Assembly: GCF_000195955.2 (NCBI RefSeq) | Contig: NC_000962.3 | Location: 240,001-272,000 of the forward strand | Direction of reading: 5' to 3' | Length of the DNA stretch: 32,000 nucleotides | Source of the DNA: Mycobacterium tuberculosis H37Rv | GTDB lineage: Bacteria > Actinomycetota > Actinomycetes > Mycobacteriales > Mycobacteriaceae | Shown: one piece after another, positions 27,863-32,000 of the stretch | How the letters are laid out: the number at the start of each line of letters is the position of its first letter | How positions within the stretch are numbered: position 1 is the first letter of the stretch | Translations under genes and position numbers: made by a program | Notes under the pieces: generated by a model | What the model was told of the DNA's origin: nothing | Database searches by the model: none | What the model saw: the letters and a program-made list of their open reading frames with translations, nothing else

Positions 27863-28627
27863 TTAGGGTGTGAGCACCAATACCAGATTGCTCACCAGGA
27901 ACTCACGCAGCACCGGGACGGATGTCAGCCACCACGCCCATCTGGGGTGGTAGCGGGGAAATACGGCTAACGCGGCTCCGGTGCCGGCAGCCCAGCGCAG
28001 ACCCTCGGCGGCGGACACGGCAAACAACGACGACCCATAGTTGTTCTTTGCCGGATGGCCGTGTTTGCGGACATATCGGGCGGCGGCGCGGGCGCCGCCG
28101 AGGTAGTGGCTGAGGCCCATCTCGTGCCCGCCGAATGGCCCCAGCCAAACCGTGTAGGACAGCACGACCAACCCGCCTGGCTTGGTCACCCGCAGCATCT
28201 CGGTGCCAAGCTGCCAGGGGCGCGGCACGTGTTCGGCGACATTGGAGGACAAGCAGATGTCTACCGAGTCGTCGGCGAACGGCAGTGCCATGCCTGACGC
28301 CCGGACGAACATGCCGGGCCGGCCGGTGAACGCAGGTCCGGCGGCATGCATTTCATCAGGGTCCGGCTCGACGCCGATGTAGCCGACACCGGCGTCGGAG
28401 AACGCCGTCGCGAAATACCCCGGCCCGCCGCCAACGTCGAGCAGCGTACGGCCAACTGGCGGCTCGCTATGTGTGGCCAGCCACAGATCGCCGATCATTG
28501 CTGCGGTGTCGGCCGCCAGTGTGCGATAGAACCGTGCCGGGTCGCGCTGCTCGTAGCGGAAGTCTGCCAGCAGTCGCAGCGAGCGCCGCAGTGTCGCCCG
28601 TCGCGCGAACACATCGGTGACCGCCAC
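27863..28627 (-). CDS. Class I SAM-dependent methyltransferase (Rv0224c-like)
   Basis: TLLDVGGGPGYFATAFSDAGVGYIGVEPDPDEM; GTG (VAVTDVFARRATL) at 28627 gives 254 aa. Confidence 0.9.
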   Translation of the reverse strand: MAVTDVFARRATLRRSLRLLADFRYEQRDPARFYRTLAADTAAMIGDLWLATHSEPPVGRTLLDVGGGPGYFATAFSDAGVGYIGVEPDPDEMHAAGPAFTGRPGMFVRASGMALPFADDSVDICLSSNVAEHVPRPWQLGTEMLRVTKPGGLVVLSYTVWLGPFGGHEMGLSHYLGGARAAARYVRKHGHPAKNNYGSSLFAVSAAEGLRWAAGTGAALAVFPRYHPRWAWWLTSVPVLREFLVSNLVLVLTP

Positions 28628-28634
28628 CTGGCAC

Positions 28635-28654
28635 ACCCTACGGCCCGCTAGGCT
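28635..28654. promoter_or_regulatory. Back-to-back divergent -10 boxes (minus TAGGGT 28640-28635; plus TAGGCT 28649-28654)
   Basis: Minus box lies 7 nt from the methyltransferase GTG; plus box lies 8 nt from the glycosyltransferase ATG; both fit TANNNT. Confidence 0.45.
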
Positions 28655-28662
28655 ATCGACCA

Positions 28663-29817
28663 ATGTCTGCTCTGCGCTCGGTGTTGCTGCTGTGCTGGCG
28701 CGACATCGGGCACCCCCAGGGGGGCGGGAGCGAAGCCTATCTGCAACGCATCGGGGCTCAGTTGGCCGCATCGGGCATTGCAGTCACGTTGCGCACCGCT
28801 CGCTATCCCGGTGCGCCACGGCATGAACTGGTCGACGGGGTGCGGATCAGTCGTGCCGGCGGGCGCTACTCGGTGTATCTATGGGCGTTGCTGGCGATGG
28901 CCGCAGCCCGATGTGGGCTTGGGCCGCTGCGCCGAGTGCGCCCGGATGTGGTCGTCGATACCCAAAACGGCTGGCCGTTTGTGGCCCGGCTGTTGTATGG
29001 CCGGCGGTCGCTGGTACTGGTACACCATTGCCACCGTGAGCAGTGGCCGGTGGCCGGGCGGATGATGGGTCGGCTCGGCTGGTATGTCGAGTCGATGTTG
29101 TCGCCACGGCTACACCGGCGCAACCAGTACGTGACGGTGTCGCTGCCGTCGGCGCGGGATCTGATCGCCCTCGGTGTGGACAGCGAGCGGATCGCTGTGG
29201 TGCGCAACGGCCTCGACGAGGCGCCGTCGCCAACGTTGTCCGGCCCACGTGCGCCCACGCCGCGTGTGGTGGTGCTCTCCCGGCTGGTGCCGCACAAGCA
29301 GATCGAGGACGCGTTGGCAGCGGTCGCGGAGCTACAGCCTCGGATACCGGGCCTGCACCTAGACATCGTCGGCGGTGGCTGGTGGCGGCAGCGCCTCGTT
29401 GACCATGTGCACCGGCTCGACATTGCTGACGCCGTTACCTTTCACGGGCATGTCGACGATGTGACCAAACACCATGTGCTGCAAAGCTCCTGGGTGCACT
29501 TGTTGCCCTCACGTAAAGAGGGATGGGGGCTCGCGGTCATCGAGGCGGCCCAGCACGGCGTGCCCACCATCGGGTACAGATCCTCCGGTGGTTTGGCGGA
29601 CTCGATCGTCGACGGGGTGACCGGCATATTGGTCGACGACCGGGCCGAATTGGTGGCTTGGCTCGAACAACTGCTGTCCGATTCGGTGCTGCGTGACCAA
29701 CTCGGCGCCAAGGCACAGGCGCGTAGCGGTGAGTTCTCCTGGCGGCAAAGCGCCGAAGCGCTGCGCAGCGTGTTGGAGGCAGTGCAGGCCAGCCGTTTTG
29801 TCAGCGGCGTGGTTTGA
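28663..29817 (+). CDS. Glycosyltransferase family 4 (GT-B) protein, Rv0225-like
   Basis: 384 aa; N-terminal GGSEAYLQRIGAQLAASG, C-terminal VVLSRLVPHKQIEDAL..., LLPSRKEGWGLAVIEAAQHGVPTIGYRSSGGLADSI. Confidence 0.93.
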   Translation: MSALRSVLLLCWRDIGHPQGGGSEAYLQRIGAQLAASGIAVTLRTARYPGAPRHELVDGVRISRAGGRYSVYLWALLAMAAARCGLGPLRRVRPDVVVDTQNGWPFVARLLYGRRSLVLVHHCHREQWPVAGRMMGRLGWYVESMLSPRLHRRNQYVTVSLPSARDLIALGVDSERIAVVRNGLDEAPSPTLSGPRAPTPRVVVLSRLVPHKQIEDALAAVAELQPRIPGLHLDIVGGGWWRQRLVDHVHRLDIADAVTFHGHVDDVTKHHVLQSSWVHLLPSRKEGWGLAVIEAAQHGVPTIGYRSSGGLADSIVDGVTGILVDDRAELVAWLEQLLSDSVLRDQLGAKAQARSGEFSWRQSAEALRSVLEAVQASRFVSGVV

Positions 29818-29833
29818 GCCGGCTTCGACAGAC

Positions 29834-31564
29834 TTAATCCTGGGCGCGGCTCGCCGGCGTGTCTTCGCAGTGGTGTAAGTGTCGGCGCACCCAATAGCCG
29901 GCCGCGCCAGCGCCGCCGACCAGCAGCATCGAAAGCCACGCCCAATGCGCGAGCATTGTCGCTTTGAGGCGGGCCGACGATGCACCGGAGGTTTGGCCGC
30001 CGACCCGATAAAGAGCCAATTCGTCGTCGCGGTGCGCCGCTGCTAGCCGGCCGAGGGTGCGTGCGGCCGCGCCCATGTCGCCGGCGCTGTCGGATTCGAC
30101 GACCAGCCACCCGACGCCGGCCGCGGCCAAGGTTGACGGATGGGGCCCGGTGAGCAGCAGCTCCTGGACCGCCCGGGCGTGCGCGTCTTCGCCGGGAACG
30201 GTCACCCCGGAAATGACCAGATCACCTGTGGTCAGCACATCGGCGCGAACCCAACGGGGGAGCGGATCGAGTACCGGTGCCGAACCGGACCACGAGAAGC
30301 GCCGCATGGTGCCCGCGGGCAAGACCGCAACCGTCCGGGGATCGGCATTGATCGCCGCTGCCACCGCCGCCCAACCGGACGGGTAGTGCACAGGCGCAAC
30401 CTTGCCCCACACCCCCCACGCCAAGTCAGGCAGCGTTAGGACCAGCGCCAGACAGCAGACCACCGCCGCCGTTGCCGGTCGCAGCCAGCGTCGCAGCGTT
30501 AGCACCGTGCCCGCACCGGAGAGTGTGTATCCGGGTACCGCCAGCGCGACCCACTTCTGTCCGTCGCGCAGCACGCCCAGGCCGGGTGCGGCATCGACCA
30601 CCACCCGTAGCGCGTGCAGACCTGGGCCGGTCGCAAGGACAGCCGGGACCATCACGGACACCGCCGCTAGTGTCAGCAGCGGCACTGCCACGGGCCGGCG
30701 CGCCACAGTCGGTAGTCCGATCGCCACCATGGCGAGTAGTACGACGGCGGATGCCACTGCGAAAAGCGTTGTCCGCGAGCTAGGTACGGCCTCGCCGTTC
30801 CAGATCCCACCGAGACTGGCCAAGCTGCCAAGCGTGCCCAGCCCCGGTTCGGCGCGTGGCGCGAACGCGGTAACCCCAAGCTGATTGGCTGCCGTGTGGC
30901 TGGTCAACGACGAGCCCAGCGCCGACGCCGTCAGCCAGGGCAGCGCACCCACCAGCGCGGAGCCCAACGCCGCGACCCCACATTGCCAGCGCGGGCGGCC
31001 CGCGCCGGGCATCGCCACGCACACCACCGCAACTGTCGCGGCGAGTAGCAGCCCGGACGGGGTCAGGCCGGCCAGCGCAACCCAGAACGCCAGCCCAAAA
31101 AGCCCGAACCAACCCGCGCCAACCGTTGTTCGCATCGTTAACATCGCGGTCGCAACCCAGGGCAGACACCCATAGCCGACCAGCAGGCTCCAATGGCCCT
31201 GCAAAAGTCGTTCGGCCACATAGGGATTCCAGATCGCCAGCGTGATCGCGACAAACTGGCCGGCTGCCCCCGCTGCGGGTAGTGCCGTTGCGACCAGTCG
31301 GGCCGCGCCCCAGCCCGCCAGCCAAAGCCCCAGCAGCAGCAGCGCTTTCACCACGACGCCGCCGTCGACGAGGTGTGACGCCAAAGCGACCGCGAAGTCC
31401 TGCGGAGTCGCCCGGGGCGCCGATGTCAGCCCTAGGGCGTTGGCCGACACATACGACCGTGGTGTGGACACTGCATCGCGCAGCAGTAGGTATCCGGGCC
31501 GCAGTAGCGGCGCGGCCAACAGCAGCACCAAGACCAGCGCGTACCCCGGTCGGAACCAGCGCAC
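29834..31564 (-). CDS. Large polytopic membrane protein (Rv0226c-like), possibly GT-C-like
   Basis: 576 aa with about 10 or more hydrophobic segments; no recognised catalytic signature. Confidence 0.88.
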   Translation of the reverse strand: MRWFRPGYALVLVLLLAAPLLRPGYLLLRDAVSTPRSYVSANALGLTSAPRATPQDFAVALASHLVDGGVVVKALLLLGLWLAGWGAARLVATALPAAGAAGQFVAITLAIWNPYVAERLLQGHWSLLVGYGCLPWVATAMLTMRTTVGAGWFGLFGLAFWVALAGLTPSGLLLAATVAVVCVAMPGAGRPRWQCGVAALGSALVGALPWLTASALGSSLTSHTAANQLGVTAFAPRAEPGLGTLGSLASLGGIWNGEAVPSSRTTLFAVASAVVLLAMVAIGLPTVARRPVAVPLLTLAAVSVMVPAVLATGPGLHALRVVVDAAPGLGVLRDGQKWVALAVPGYTLSGAGTVLTLRRWLRPATAAVVCCLALVLTLPDLAWGVWGKVAPVHYPSGWAAVAAAINADPRTVAVLPAGTMRRFSWSGSAPVLDPLPRWVRADVLTTGDLVISGVTVPGEDAHARAVQELLLTGPHPSTLAAAGVGWLVVESDSAGDMGAAARTLGRLAAAHRDDELALYRVGGQTSGASSARLKATMLAHWAWLSMLLVGGAGAAGYWVRRHLHHCEDTPASRAQD

Positions 31565-31573
31565 GTCGCCTGA

Positions 31574-32000
31574 TTAGCGCCGCTCGGGCGGGCCGGGGTC
31601 GGGATGCCCCGCGTCCGGCGGTGGGGGCGGCTGCGCCGAACCGAGTCGGGGCGGATCCGAGCCACTCGGCTCGCGCGGGAAGTCGGGGCGCTGCGTGGGC
31701 AGTTTCTCGGTCTCAGCCTCCGCTCCAGGCACCGGTTCTTCGAAGCCGCCGCGGCGGTAATCGTGGTCGTCCCGATCCCCGCTGGCAGCCATCAGCGCAC
31801 CTTCGGTCCGAAGGCTAAACGACGCGAACAGACCACCGCCGACCAGCGCGACCAAGCCGGCCGCGGTGAATGTAATCGGCAGCACCCGCGACCACAGCGC
31901 CAGCCGGTCGCGCTCGTCGCGAGCCGCGTTGACCTGGGATTCGACCGTCTCTTCGGTGGAGGTGACCTGGTAGTCGGCAAACGTGACCTCTGGTTTGAGT
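31574..32000 (-). CDS. C-terminal part of DUF3068/PorA-like family membrane protein (Rv0227c-like), truncated by right window edge
   Basis: Minus frame open to base 32000 (...LKPEVTFADYQVTSTEETVESQVNAARDERDRLALWSRVLPITFTAAGLVALVGGGLFASFSLRT...), then a Pro-rich acidic tail. The 31885 start in the ORF track is only an internal Met. Confidence 0.85.
   Translation of the reverse strand, partial: LKPEVTFADYQVTSTEETVESQVNAARDERDRLALWSRVLPITFTAAGLVALVGGGLFASFSLRTEGALMAASGDRDDHDYRRGGFEEPVPGAEAETEKLPTQRPDFPREPSGSDPPRLGSAQPPPPPDAGHPDPGPPERR

Noticed and set aside
1-32000. Search for CRISPR arrays, IS/transposase, integrase, phage, toxin-antitoxin, restriction or BGC signature genes
   Set aside because: No regularly spaced repeats, no transposase/integrase motifs, no NRPS/PKS modules; all sizable ORFs are accounted for by conserved mycobacterial genes.

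Overview
The whole window is dense, GC-rich mycobacterial housekeeping and lipid-metabolism DNA. Gene order and protein sequences match, from memory, the M. tuberculosis complex region mmpL11 - Rv0203 - Rv0204c - Rv0205 - mmpL3 - Rv0207c - trmB - Rv0209 - Rv0210 - pckA - nadR-like - radical SAM/B12-like - fadD4 - fadE3 - Rv0216 - lipW - Rv0218 - Rv0219 - lipC - WS/DGAT - echA1 - ALDH - methyltransferase - GT4 - membrane protein - DUF3068-like (partial). I supported 25 CDS (two truncated by the window edges), one candidate intrinsic terminator and several short regulatory or repeat elements. I found no tRNA/rRNA, CRISPR array, IS element, prophage or obvious defence system. The strongest second-look items are: (1) fadE3 terminates just before its conserved C-terminal motif, while the missing tail 'EGTNEIQRNVIAGQLV' is intact in another frame immediately downstream, so it looks like a small frame-disrupting deletion; (2) a tandem pair of proteins with degenerate GTPase motifs and a C-terminal membrane segment; (3) a fused cytochrome-like membrane / internal twin-arginine / Moco-domain protein with a membrane partner gene; (4) a tRNA methyltransferase / NYN-like nuclease / mmpL3 gene string with a direct repeat just upstream of mmpL3; (5) N-terminus corrections and leaderless promoters around the radical SAM/fadD4 divergence; (6) a KstR-like palindrome upstream of the aldehyde dehydrogenase. 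Locus names and family assignments come from recall and pattern recognition, not from database searches.
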